A stretch of DNA of 55,926 nt, filler included, from Basidiobolus ranarum (lineage: Eukaryota): the NCBI GenBank assembly GCA_040143965.1. It is 5 parts of 5 records of this genome, joined end to end, with 100 filler letters (N's around TTAATTAATTAA, not from the genome) between each part and the next. Parts side by side here need not be neighbours in the genome. Positions count along the whole stretch, not along the records: positions 11,233 to 22,349 come from JASJQH010000636.1; positions 22,450 to 33,555 come from JASJQH010000637.1; 3 more parts are not named here. One strand, given 5' to 3'. This document shows positions 13,955 through 27,082 of the stretch, one piece after another. Made by a program: the position numbers and the translations under genes. Every line of letters begins with the position of its first letter. Positions within the stretch are counted from its first letter, which is position 1. The notes beneath the pieces are model-generated. The model ran no database searches. It had not been told where the DNA came from and was given only the letters and a program-made list of their open reading frames with translations.

Positions 13955-14914
13955 GATAAAGATTTGATGAGAGTAAGAGATAGAGATGAGGATAAAGTGG
14001 ACCTTCTTAAGCTGTTGGCGATAACGCAACGGTATTTATAGGATTCCTTGACGTTGAAGCCAGATTCTTTTTCCACTCTCCTTTTCAGCTAGTGGCGTAA
14101 CATAATTGGACAGCTGCGTAGGATCTGAGCTGAGGTGGTATTGAATTTCATAAGATTTAGATCAGGCAAGGTGACTATTTTGGAATCTGAGATAACAAGG
14201 CGCTGCCTTTAAGATGGATTTCCTAAGCAGAGTCGCTATTTCCCACCTCACGATGTGTAACAACTCCAGCGTAGATATGGATAACAAAGCAAATGTTTCA
14301 AACAATGAGGATGAAAATCAAGTTTACCTACCATCATTTGGACTTATCCTAGCTCTATCCTGCATACTGCCGCTTAAGGTGAAACATGAGCTGATAACTT
14401 AAATCATGAGCGAAGACGTATTTCAAACACGATATCTTCACTCAGGAGGTGGTGGTCACTCAATTTACTTTGATAGGAAATAAAAGCTGAAACCGAGTGA
14501 ACAAAGCCCTCATCATTTGTCTCATCAGGTCACGGGGTAGCATTTCAAATTACTCACGCATGTCACATCGAAGAAAGAGCTGCATTCCGGAACGTCATTC
14601 TGGGACAGTTTGGTTGAGAACCAAGGTACTGAATCCCAAATATATTCAAGAAATATACGTCCATATCCATAATATGATATCGATGAAAATGAATAATACA
14701 ACTGCAACATCAGCATATTTATTCAAGTGACAAAGCGTATTTCCAGATGAAAATCGATAATAAGAGATAAAACTTTAATATCAGATTTATACATGAGCAG
14801 GATATTTATTCATGAGGGTTTTCTGATCTCTCAACAAATATAGGAAAAGGCGAAGGTTTTTGTCAGATATACAATACCAATCTAATTTTATGTTGCAAAA
14901 CCCATGCTTAAGAT

Positions 14915-15451
14915 TTATGAGGAGGTGGCTGAAGCACTATTACCATTACTCTTGGCAGATCCCGACCCATAGAAGCGATCTTTGATATTCTTGGCAGTAT
15001 TTTGAATAGGAGTTACGACATTCTGATTAAGACTTTCCAACACTTCGTTGGTAGGCGCCTTTACAATTGGGAATTTCGCTTCAATATAGTCTAGAGAGCG
15101 ACAGCCCAATTCATCGACCTTGGAGATGGGTTGTTGGAAGTGAGCTTGATAAGGTTCTGAGAGTTTGTAAAGACTATTGGCTGCATTTTCTACAGTTGAA
15201 GCCACTTTTTTTATATATCCGGCATTGGTATCGTGAACATAAGAAGACACTAATTCCACACCATCATGAACTAAGGGAATCGAAAAGATACGCTTAATAA
15301 AGCCTAGCTCACCCGACTTGTGTGCACCGTTAGCACCATTGGTACCTTTTTCGTTCTCATCCTGGTTATTCACAGTCTCATTTTTTTCCGAAGGATGTCC
15401 GTTATCCTGATCTTGGTTCTTTACTTCGTTCGAGTCTTGAGAGGCCGGCAT
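14915..15451 (-). CDS. Perilipin/PAT-domain-like lipid droplet protein
   Basis: RIFSIPLV..PISKVDELGCRSLDYIEAKFPIVKAPTNEV resembles the PAT domain of perilipin/CAP20-type proteins; TATA-like element upstream. Confidence 0.7.
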   Translation of the reverse strand: MPASQDSNEVKNQDQDNGHPSEKNETVNNQDENEKGTNGANGAHKSGELGFIKRIFSIPLVHDGVELVSSYVHDTNAGYIKKVASTVENAANSLYKLSEPYQAHFQQPISKVDELGCRSLDYIEAKFPIVKAPTNEVLESLNQNVVTPIQNTAKNIKDRFYGSGSAKSNGNSASATSS

Positions 15452-17201
15452 GATGACTAAATTCGCTCCGGAGAGTGATGAGAAATGCAAGTGTTTAAGC
15501 AGTCTGACAACTTTTGGCAAGCTCTTTATAGATTCAGAAAGTATATACTAGGGCCCAGTGAGACATAGATAAGTTAGTTAAGCCACACATTCATTGTTTT
15601 TGAACTTTTAATGTACATTATTTATTCATTGTTTTGAGCATGACGCTGATTAGTTTGTGATAGCATTGAAACCAGTGTTACTATATATCCTCAGCTCAGC
15701 TTATGGCTTATATCTGTTCATTGCCTTATTTGCTACCTCTCATTGTGAAGTGGATTGATGAGTTGATCGGTATGGGGTGGTTAGACGTGGTTGTTTGCTA
15801 AGCCACCTTTGTTGATATTCAGATGTATCTATTCTAAACCAGATTACTAGATAACTTGGAGCATGGGGTGATGACTGGGGCGAATCCGGGTTCATATCTG
15901 ATCATCGTTGCCATAGTTGCTATTGATTAGCATGATCACTCTTTGTCCTTGTTGGCATGTTGGAATATGTGTTGGTACCATGATTTAAATACGTATGTAT
16001 ATATGCTATTGTACCATGGTTTGTAGATGTATGCATATATATGCTGTTGTTGATTCAGATCGTTCTATCATTCAACTTTGCATAACTTCAGGACAAACTT
16101 ACCATTTCTCTTTCCCTCGCTTTCCCTCACTTTCCCTCACTTTCCTCCTCCTGACAATGGTTTTATGACACATGGGTGACTGACTTATACTTTCCAATTA
16201 CGAATGATTTATTGTGGCTGAATACCTAAATTGTGTGATTCTAAGGAATTTTGCGTACCAAATCATCCCATGACTGACAAACACCAATTTTGCTTTCCTA
16301 TACTGACCAGTTTCAACAAGTTCTTTACCAATTGGAATCTTCAAAAAGGAGCAGAAGCCTTACACTTGCACCGTTGATTGATGCCGTTTGCTAAGCCACT
16401 ACATCCCATATATATATTGACATATCCACATATAACTTTCTTGACTTTGCCATTATGAAGTAGTAAGAGTATTGCAAAGTGAATCTAGAAGTAAACTTAA
16501 GTTATTGGCTATAGTTCTATTACCCCCACTGTCAGAGTATAAGCTGGAATCTTATCATAGCTCTTAATACTACTCTTCTAATTTCCCTTGAGGAGTTTAG
16601 TTGACTTTAAGCAGAAAACTTGAGGACTAAATATACCCTGACTTCGGTGCTGATCCTTGCAGTCCCAGAAAGAAGCATGCACCTTGCTTGAAGATGACCT
16701 TTTTTGTTTCTTATTAATCCACTTCGTTAAACATCTTGTACTTTAACTATTTCCCGGAAATATTCTAATAGTCTGCTTGACTTAGTGCAGGGAATGTTTA
16801 ACCAGGGCTCAAGTTTCACACTATATATTAAAAATATTATATACATATATGCTTCAAAAATATTGAATCAACAAGTGAGAGCGGGAGCGGGTTTATTGAG
16901 CGCATGCTTGAATTATTATTAGAATATTAGTGTACTGAAGAACTATTTATGGGAAGATATGTCGCACAAGTCTTAATGATACCTGATTGCAATTCTATTG
17001 AGTTTCTATCTTTCCTATATAAACAACAATATTTTTGCTGCCTCGCTCGTTGGTTGCCTGTCATCCGCCTGTTGTATATTTCACCCTCATCTTTACTTCC
17101 ATTCTAATCATAGAAATCTTGAAAATTTAACCGGAATCTTTAAAACTTTGTAACTATATTTATTCCCACTTAACGCTCTAGAACGATATTACACAGAAAG
17201 A

Positions 17202-18645
17202 ATGCCATCCATATGTGAGCCAGCTCGGGCTTTATCTTCCTCTTCTTTTGTGAAGCGCATGATGTTTGACGATATGCTCTCGAACCATCCTGCTTCACTT
17301 GCTTCTTCAACTTTATCCGGGCTTATGTTAGCCTCCAAAGAAAATGGTGGTCACCATTGGGTTTTTCCTATAGGCCGTGATACTGGCACCATTGCTGTCG
17401 ATTATATGGCTGTGGAGGTACACAAAAAAATGTCGCTTTCTGCACTGTGATCCTTTGTTAAACATCCATTTCTTTTAGTGCAATTCAGTATCGCCACATA
17501 ATTCTCCTAAACTCTCTGATAAAGCTGGTAAGCAGACTGTAAGAAAATGGAGGGCCCACTCAGTACCTACTATGGTGCCTCGGAAGGAGCATAAGACTAG
17601 CTTTGATACTAATATCATTCCACAACCTTTGTTATCCTCTACAAATTCTGAACCTGTCCACTTGACCGACATTCCAAAATATCACCCTGAGACTAACGAT
17701 CAATTAAATTCCCCTTCCCCTTCCCAGCTTACCTCATTTCTAACACTCTCACACAATTACAAATATGTCCATCGGAGAACTGTGTCTTTACCTATCGAAC
17801 CTTTAAATTCCAATTACCCAAACATACTCCACAAAGTTCTAGAACTACCACCCATTAAATTACTTGGTGGTTCTTTTGACGAAGAGCCTTTACTGACCGA
17901 GGAATTAGCTGAACAAGTTAATCCATATTTCAGTTCAATGGTATTTGCAACAAGTAGCTAACGAACTGATATTGTATAGATCTCACGTTTTCTTCCACGC
18001 CGTCTACGCCTCAATCGAAACTGGAAACTTTTGTTCAGCTTAGAACAACATGGTTGTACTCTCAGTACTTTGTTTCAAGTGACAAGAAACAAAGGACCTT
18101 CTGTTTTGATTATTCGTGACTCTTGTGGATCGGTCAGTTCATTGGAGTTTGCAAGTTGTTTAAATAATTCGAATTTAATGTGGTTTTATTGATAGATTTT
18201 TGGAGCTTTTATCACTGAGCATTTTAGACCTAGTCCGACTTACTATGGAGGGGGTGAATGGTAAATTAGATTACCTATGAGACATCATACATCATGTTAT
18301 TGATTTTATTGATTCTTCAGCTTTTTGTGGAAAGTAAGCCATGATGGTGGCAAAATACCAAAGATCAAAATTTACAATCGCACGGGTGAAAACGAATATT
18401 TCATGCTTTCAGAGAACCATTTCATTGCTGTTGGCGGAGGGTATGTAGCATTCTAGGTAGCATATATATTTACATCTCTTGACTCAGTCTCTAATGACTT
18501 TACTAGTAATGGAACATTTGGGCTTTGGCTGGATAATCATTTGGATAGAGGATTTACTACTAAATGCTCCACCTTTGGCAATGAAGTGCTGTCTGCATCT
18601 TCTGTATTTAACTGTGTAGAATTGGAGATTTGGTCATGCACATAA
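17202..18645 (+). CDS. OXR1: TLDc-domain oxidation resistance protein (multi-exon)
   Basis: Spliced LPRRL..WKLLFSLEQHG..IFGAF..YYGGGEC|FLWK..FIAVGGG|NGTFGLWLD..CSTFGNEVL..LEIW is a TLDc domain. Confidence 0.88.
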
Positions 18646-18748
18646 TGAGTCTTGTACATCCTTCAATTTTGCATTATATATATTCAACTTAAAGCATTTA
18701 ACCTGCTTATGCAATAAACATATCTAGTAGACTTTACAATATGACCTT

Positions 18749-21700
18749 CTACTTCGATACCAAGTTTAATAGATGGTCAAGGGAATATACTTCTGCAGGT
18801 TTCTGTTGTGCTTCTTGAGGTTTGGCCTCAACCTTTTGACTAGGAGATGGTGGATTAGATTTGTGTGCAGGGCTTTTGTCAAGGCTGGCGGGTCTGTCTT
18901 TACCAACAGCCTTTCCTTCAGTGCCCTTTCTATGTGGTTCATGGTAGTGTGCTGAATGACGATCCGATCTATGGTCAGTGCGCTGAGTTTTGACCTTTCG
19001 CGAATCTAGGCGTGGGGAGGAGGGTGCGGATCTTTTTCTTGATCCTTCATTATTAGTATGTACATTAGTGAGCAGACTTCCATATTCTAGCTCATAGTTG
19101 GGTTTTTCTATTAATAAAGGGGTTCCTTCGAAATATTCTGGATAATCAAATATAGAAGGATATTTCTCTTTCGATTTTTTGTTCACTGATTTGTATGATC
19201 TTCTCATCCCTTTCTCCTCGATTGCTGCATTTCTCCGTTCTGGATAAATGCTCCTATGATCTTTGTTTCGTGTATTTACCGACTCTTTAGACTGTACATC
19301 GCTCTCCTTGGGTTGCTTTCCACTAGATTCCGGTCGCTTTATCGTATGTTTGTCAATGTTATCTGATCGAGAGTCTTTGAACTTATTTTCGTATCGTTGA
19401 TGCTGGTTGCTTTTTAGTTGTGACTCGATCCTTGGCTTCTTTTCTGGAGTGTAACTCTTTCTGGGTTGGTGTTCTACCCCAGAAGGACTTGAATGGCCTG
19501 CCCTATATTGATCAGAGACATCTTTTCGAGAATCCTTGGATTTTTTTTCATCTAGATGTGCTACTGAATCTTTCAACTTCTTACTCTTCTCCAGTTCCGT
19601 TTCCATTTCGACTCTTGGCCTCTTAACTTGAGTATGACTGTCCTTTGCTGATGATTCTGGTCGCTTGGTCTTATATTGGGTAGTGATGTCATTTTGGGGG
19701 TCCTTCGATTTGTCTTGTTGATTAGATGCTGAATATTTCGGCCTTTCATTGATGTCTAACTCTGGTAGCTCGATAATTTGCTGAGGATGGTTCGTTCCGG
19801 ATGAAGTTTCTACTGTTACAGGCATATCAGTACTTGGCCTTTGAGGGTGCTTTACTCTATTTTCGTATTTATGCTTATCAGTGGTGTCTCTAGCGCCCAT
19901 CTCGAGTGGAGATTTATCAGTGATACCTGTTCGAGAATCCTTGCTTCTATTTTCGTCATCTATCTTCAAGTCGATTTTCCTTAACACTGGCTTTTTGAGA
20001 ATTCGTTGGCCTGCTATCTCTTCGAGAATCCCTTGACTTGCTATCGCGTCGATGTTCTTCAATACCACCTCTTCGAGAATCCTTTGGCCTGTTGTCACCT
20101 TGGTATTCATTGACATCACCCCTTGGAAAATCACTTGGCTTGCTATCTTGTCGATGCTCAACAGCAATATCTCTTTGAGAATCCTTTGACTTATAACTGC
20201 GCGGATATTCATCAATACTACTTTTTTGAGCATCCTTTGACTTGTTCTCTTGTCGATACGGAGCGGCATTATCTCTTTGTAAGTCTTTTGATCTAGGATC
20301 GCGTGGATATTTATCAATACTACTTCTTCGAGAATCTCTTGACCTACTTTCCTGTCGGTGCTTAACAGTGCTATTTGCTTCATGATCCTTTGTTCTGTTG
20401 TCGCGTTGGTATCCATTAATACTGCCCCTTCGGGGATCCCTTGATCTGCTTTCCTGCCAATGCTCAACCGTATCACTTTGATAATTCTTTGATCTATTAT
20501 CGTGTTGTTGTTCACCAATACTACCTTTTTGAGAATCCCTCGACCTGCTTTCCTGTCGGTATTTAACAGTGCTATCTGTTTGGTGCTTCTTTACTATATT
20601 GTCGCGTTGGTACTCATTGGCATTACCACGTTGAGAATCCTTTGACTTACTACCGCGTCGATATTCATCAATGCTATCTCCTCGAGAATCTTTTGACCCA
20701 TTGTCGTGTTGCTGTTCACCAATACTACCTCTTCGAGAATCTCTCGACCTGCTCTCCTGCCGGTGCTTAACATTGCTATCTGTTCGATGATCTTTTGTTC
20801 TGTTATCGCGTTGGTACTCATTGACACTACCACTTTGAGAATCCTTTGACTTATTACCGCGTCGGTATTCATCAATGCTACCCCTTCGAGAATCTTTTGA
20901 CCCATTGTCGCGTTGCTGTTCACCAATACTACCTCTTCGAGAATCCCTCGACTTGCTTTCCTGTCGGTGCTTAACAGTGCTATCTGTTCGATAATCCTTT
21001 GTTCGGATGTCGCGTCGGAATTCATTAACACTACTTCGGGAATCTCTTGATCTGCTATCCTGTCGATGGTCAACAGTACTATCTCTCTCCGAATTCGTTG
21101 ATTTATTGTAGCGTCGATTTTCATCAATATTACTTCGAGAATCTTTTACTGTGTTTCGGAAATCATGTTCGTCAGTGTTGCCTTTTTGAATGACTTCTAC
21201 TCTGTTTACATGATGAAATTTATCATTATTGTTTCTTGAGAAATCTCTCAACTGGTTTTCGCGCTGATACTCTTTGTTGCTGCCTGTCCGAAAATCATTT
21301 TCTCTGTTTTCATCGATATACTTGTTGGCGCTACCTATCTTAGGATTCTTTGGCTTGTTTTCGCGTCGATATTCTATATTGTAATCTCTATGAAAATTTT
21401 CGGATCTGTTCTTGTGCCGAGGTTTATCAGATATATTTCTTTGAACATCAATTGATCTATTTTTACTTCGATTTTCATCAGTAGTGCGTATTCGCGAATC
21501 CTTTGATTTACTTCTTTGCTCATCCTTAGCTTTGTTTTCGTATCTTTGCGCACCAGGGTTGTCTTGAGAATGGTTTGCTCCATATTCATATGCGTAGTTA
21601 TTCACATTGTTTCTTATCGAGTCCTCCAACTTAGTTTCGCGTCGGTCCTTACTTTTCTCCAACTTCGATTGCGACTCCAGCTTGATTTGTGGCTTATTGT

Positions 21701-22349
21701 CTTGCGTATGACTCGGTGTAGATTGAAGGTTTATTCTGGACGGCTCTGAATGCTTCGTCGCATATTGATTGTCAATGCTTCTTCGAGAGTCTTTTACTTT
21801 GCTCTCATGTTGATGAGACACGGAGGTGTTGGAACTCTTGTTATTTACTCGCTTTAATTCTAATTGTATTCTTCGATTCTTAGCTTCTTGATAGCTCTTT
21901 TTCAACTCTGGCTTTATCCTGAAAGACTCCGTTTGATCTGGCGCATCCTTATTAATGTTTAAGCTACTTTTGCCTTTATCGGTTTGTGGCTGAGGCTGTA
22001 ATTGGATCTCGTTTGTTTTCTCAGAGATGTTAAAAGGCTCAGTTTCAACCGAATCTACTAGACTTGATTGATTCGATGGATATGTATTCGATGGATATGT
22101 ATTCGATGGATATGGTGTAAAATCATCGACTACAGTAAGTTCTAACTGATCGTAAAATGAATCATCACCTATCTGCAAAGCGCTTCCTTCATAATAATCC
22201 TCTTCAAATAATGGGAAATTCTGGAAATTACTCGACTTGTTCTTGCTTGTTTCTGGTGTTTCGAGATGGATTTCTTGGATTGAGGTGCTGTCTTCTGACA
22301 TGATTGGCGATGAGCTTGGAATTGAAGGTGGAATACTAGATTCCGTATG
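18749..22349 (-). CDS. Large hydrophilic low-complexity repeat protein; 5' open at gap, frame switch near 19956-19990
   Basis: The 781-aa ORF (19956-22301, open up to the gap) and the C-terminal part of the 18749-20518 ORF share the same S/K/D/R-rich repeat vocabulary (SKDSR). No recognisable domain. Confidence 0.65.
20000..21150. repeat. Coding tandem repeat: 51-bp (17-aa) units organised in 204-bp (68-aa) higher-order repeats
   Basis: CACCAATACTACC recurs at 20513, 20717 and 20921 (204-bp spacing); GAGAATC-like cores recur about every 51 bp. Confidence 0.9.
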
Positions 22350-22449
22350 NNNNNNNNNNNNNNNNNNNNNNNNNNNNNNNNNNNNNNNNNNNNTTAATTA
22401 ATTAANNNNNNNNNNNNNNNNNNNNNNNNNNNNNNNNNNNNNNNNNNNN
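22350..22449. other. Artificial contig linker
   Basis: N-run + TTAATTAATTAA + N-run. Confidence 0.98.
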
Positions 22450-22789
22450 ATCCAAACAAACAATGTATATTAACATGTCTACAGCCGCATCAGAGAATTA
22501 CCCACATCAACAAACCTATAGCTCGTCTTTAGTTTCATTCTCCTCCACTTATCCCCTAAGTCACACTGAAATCTATAAAATGTTGGAGGTATATTTTGGA
22601 GGAGATACTGGCAATAACCATGCATTTGCTGATGTGAATACTTTTCACTCCTCAGAATTGGCAGTAAATGGCACTGCAGTCTTTGGAAATGATAATGAAG
22701 ACTCCACCAATTTTGATCACGAAATATGGAACGTATTTGTACCGATGTTTAATCAATCACAACTACCAGAAAGTGATACTGGAAATTAA
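22450..22789 (+). CDS. 3' end of a paralogue of the downstream Zn2Cys6 transcription factor (5' lost in gap)
   Basis: GGDTG..SSELAVN..WNVFVPMFNQSQLPESDTGN* aligns to the C-terminus GGDTG..SSELAVN..WNVFISMFNQSQLPQSNTGK* of 23397-25648. Confidence 0.8.
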
Positions 22790-23396
22790 GCAGTCTGTTA
22801 CACTTTTGTAGCAAACCATTCATTGTTGTATATTATTCACTTGTTTTCGAGGTGTATTTTTATTCATCATAGCTCGTTCAGTCTTTCACTAAGATATTTT
22901 GTAGATGTTCTGATAGTACTCACATAGTAGAAGCTTTAAATTGTTTGTACAGTTTTGAGGGTACCTTACCCATTGCAATGGCACATTCGTGTTTTAGGCT
23001 TCATCATGCCCATAATTACCAAAACTCTGCCTCCTTCGCCGTTGTACCTAAATTGACGATCAATATGTCAGAATTCAAATTTCATTGTGAAACACCTATT
23101 CTAAATGGCTCCTAATTTACTCAAAATAACCATTATGTTCGATTTAAAATACGAAGCAAGTAGCCTAGTTTAGTCCGTCAGAAAACTGATCACTAGTAAA
23201 TTCACTTTCATCAAATAGATTTTTCCGATTTTTCCGATTTTTCCTCAAAATTATATCTTGAAATCGATCCTGTCAGACAGATGCAGTCGAATCATCTCAG
23301 CTCGTATAAAGTCAATTTCGATAACCTTCTCATCTCATAATTCAAGAAGCGATATATATACATATACGCATACATACGTGCAAGTAGACGCTTGAC

Positions 23397-25648
23397 ATGT
23401 CTCACTTGTCAGAATATAGCTCCTACCCTATAAAAAAATCAAAGACTTCACGTGCATGCGATATATGTCGTAAGAAAAAAGTGAAATGTGATGGAACCTT
23501 ACCAGCTTGCTCACATTGTGCAACTTTTGGGTTTGATTGTACTTTTGCGTATAAACCCAAAAAAAGAGGACCTAACCCTTCACAACAGAAATTACTTGAG
23601 AGTCGTTTAGAAAGACTAGAAACACTGATACTACCCTTGGTCGAAGAAGAAGAATTGAAGGAGAGACTTTCGAAAGCGAGTGGAAAGCCACGACCCTTAC
23701 GTGAGGTAAAATGTTTATATTGAATATCGAGTAATTTTCACTTTGAACTATATACACCAGTTAAAACTTACGCTCTGTTCCTTCAAACTTGTAGAGTTTG
23801 GATGCCTCTCATGAAGAGGAAGTTGAAGAAGATAATACTTTGTCGAAAATTTCCCAAAACTTTAGTAATTTAGTATTAGAGGGAAATAACTCGTTCCGAT
23901 ATGTCGGAAGTAGTTCGGGGTTGTACGTTTTAGAGGGTGGTAAATTCAACCGAGACGGATTAGTGCAAGATTTAAGATACCACTTAGATAACTTTGGTAG
24001 TATCCCCCAGGCTTTTCCAAAGAATTTCCCGTTTCAGGAGCTTACTTCGCGCTTACTGTCAATCTACTTTGATAGATTTCATAGATATGTTCCTATCTTC
24101 AACAAGGTCGATTTACAGGATCGAATCAGTTCAGGAAAGAAAGTGTCGTTGACCTTAATGAATTCGATATATGCTTTAGCATGCCTACATATTCAAATGG
24201 ATGACCTGTTTGATGATGCAGAAACCCATGTGAGCGCTACGAACTACTTCTTTACTCAAGCCAAAATCTGTCTTCATAAAGAATATCTAATCCCTTCGGT
24301 GCAGACGGTCCAAGCATTAATTTTGATGTCTTTTCATCCAGAAGGAGGCTGGATATTTCTCGGTATGGCTGTTCGAATAGGGCAAGAACTAGGGCTACAT
24401 CGTAATTTAGACTTGGATAAGATGGATTCAATACAAAAGCAAAATCGACAACTTGCTTGGTGGGGATGTTTCTTCTTTGATCGACTAGTGGGTGCAATCG
24501 TTGGAAGACCAATGTGTATAGATGAAGAGGACTGTGATGTCAAACTCCCCATAGATATTCGTAGCAAAGGCTCTGATAAGAATCCAAGAGAAGATAAGTT
24601 TGCCGGAAGTGTTCGTTATTTCAATCAAATCATTCGCTTGTTCACTATCTTGACACAAATTCTTCGTACTGTTTACGGAGTGACAAAGCAAAGTAAAGTA
24701 AAAGCCCGCGATACACTTCTACATCTCAATAAATCGCTGAGCGATTGGAATGCTACTCTTCCACCGGAGTTCTGGTATGATATTACTCTTGGCCGATCAA
24801 ATAATCACTATGCTGCAATGTTAGCTCTGCATTACCACTACGCCGTCATTTTGGCCAATCGCCCGTACATTGCGCCTTCTGGTGACAACATATCACTATT
24901 CAATAATCTCGCCCTCCAAACGTGTGCCAAATCAGCCAGTATCATTTCCTATATTTTGTATCATATTCCCGCGTCCAACTTACTGCACGGAATACAAATC
25001 AAATCGACATTTATATTCTGTGCTAGTACTATCCACACAATGAACATAACCTCATCTGACTCTAATTTGTCTTCCACCTCCAAAACCAATCTGATTGTCA
25101 ATCTGAATATCCTCAAGAAGCTCAACATCCACGCAAAGGCTCTGATTCGAAGCTTGCTCTACGTTCAAGACATGGTACAGTCCCATGGACTCTCCGACAT
25201 GGTATCCGACTCTCAGCAGCCAGTGATCTATTCCTCGGCCAATGAACAGCTTTCCACCACCGATTATCTTGCCAGTCCACCTTCTCGGCACGACTCTGAA
25301 ACTTTAGTTTTTCAACCTCAACAAACGAGCACCGATGTGCTAACCACACCAGAACATTGTCCACATTTCAAATCCTCTAGCTCACCCTCAGCTTCATCCT
25401 CCCCTATCTATCTAGCAAGTAGCACAGGCTCCGAGACGTTTATGGAACCAGATGTCGATTTAGGAGGGGATACTGGCAAAAGCCATTTGCTTGTGAATGG
25501 GAACTCATCAGAATTGGCTGTAAATAACACCGAAAATCTTGAAAATGATAGCAATGAAAACTCAAACTACTTTGATTCTCAGCAATGGAATGTATTTATA
25601 TCGATGTTTAATCAATCACAACTACCACAAAGTAATACCGGCAAGTAA
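23397..25648 (+). CDS. Zn(II)2Cys6 fungal transcription factor with fungal-specific TF middle domain (intron 23706-23794)
   Basis: ACDICRKKKVKCDGTLPACSHCATFGFDC zinc cluster; YVGSSSG and WIFLGMAVRIGQELGLHR..WWGCFFFDR..GRP. Confidence 0.95.
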
Positions 25649-26141
25649 TGCATCTACTACACTCTTTTTACCATGTTAGCTAGTCTTCGAGCTGTACTTT
25701 TAGGCAACGTATTTCCTTCAGTACTTCAACAGGGTATATCTTAGAATATCCACGTTCAAATCGAAGCATACAAGGATCTGGCATCTATAAGTTTATTAAT
25801 GAGTATGTTTTGAGCATATAACCAATTTTGTATTAAACTGTCTGTAAGGCATACCAAGCTTTAGAGTTACACATTGAAAGGACTTCATTAAACTTACATT
25901 CATTGCAATCAAAACCTTCACTGTCGAAGCGAAGTAAAGTTATCAAACTCAGCTATGCGTGGGTTCGATTTTGTTTATTCATAACAAGAATTCACTACTT
26001 TCAAGTGGATTGTCTACAGGAAAATGCTTTCATATGTATACATGATTGAACGACACTCACGAGAGTAAAGAGGGAAACAATCGACATTAACTATCGAATA
26101 TACAAGTGTAAAGAGTAATCACTTTATTTGGAGTGTATCAT

Positions 26142-26779
26142 CTATTTGTTCAAGACAATACCATCGTACTTCTGTTTGAACCACTTGGTAGTCTCTTCCT
26201 TGGTAACACGGTGAGCGAAACCAATCTTAGATTGACATCTCTTTCTACGGGAAACACGGAAACCAGGACGTCCCATGATAACGAAGAAATTCATACCGTA
26301 AATACCAATGGAAGGATCATACTTGATACCCAAATCGATGTGTTCTTGGATACCGAAACCGAAGTTTCCGGTGCTGGAGAAGTTGGACTTCTTCAATTCA
26401 TATTCCTTAACCTTAAGACCACGTTCCAAGATCTCTTCAGCCTTAGGGCCACGAACGGTAGTGTGAACGGCGATCTTTTCGTTACGACGAATGCTGAAAG
26501 AACGGACGGTATAACGAGCCTTAGAGTAGACGGGGGTTTGACCAGTCAATTGTTCCAAAACCTTGGCAGCACGGGTAAGTCTATCACCAGATTCACCAAC
26601 ACAGATGTTAAGAACGAGTTTCTCAATACGCAATTCGCGCATAACATTGACGGTGGCAGGGGCTTCGGCAGACTATGATGGATAAGGAGGATTAGTTATC
26701 AATGCTATAAAAATCAAGGATATATTCCGTCCATCCATCGGTGAATACACGTACAGTTTATTGAAATTATTCCTACCAT
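26142..26779 (-). CDS. RPL11: 60S ribosomal protein L11 (uL5); ATG-only first coding exon, intron 26673-26776
   Basis: [51 protein letters not shown]. Confidence 0.97.
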
Positions 26780-27082
26780 TGTCGAATATTCTAAGTCTCC
26801 ACTCAAAGAAAGAAAGAAGTGTTGAGCCCCCAAAAATCAACTGCTTTATTGCATCCTAAACAGAGTAAGCCCATTCGTCCAATTCAATCATCTTGATATT
26901 CCTGGGCATGATGAATTTTACCATTACCTTTCCATTACCAATACCATTACCGTGATCTTGATTAATACCATTACCATTCTCTTTCTTGAGTTCGTTGTTA
27001 CTTTCGAATGCGATATGATCCATTATTGAGTACATATATATTATGCCTATTTCAATGCAAATAAGGACAATTCACCTTGTAA

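Noticed and set aside
16109-16150. Short CTTTCCCTCA tandem repeat
   Set aside because: Ordinary pyrimidine-rich minisatellite with no supporting context.
26133-26678. 181-aa ORF on the + strand
   Set aside because: Antisense shadow of the highly codon-biased RPL11.
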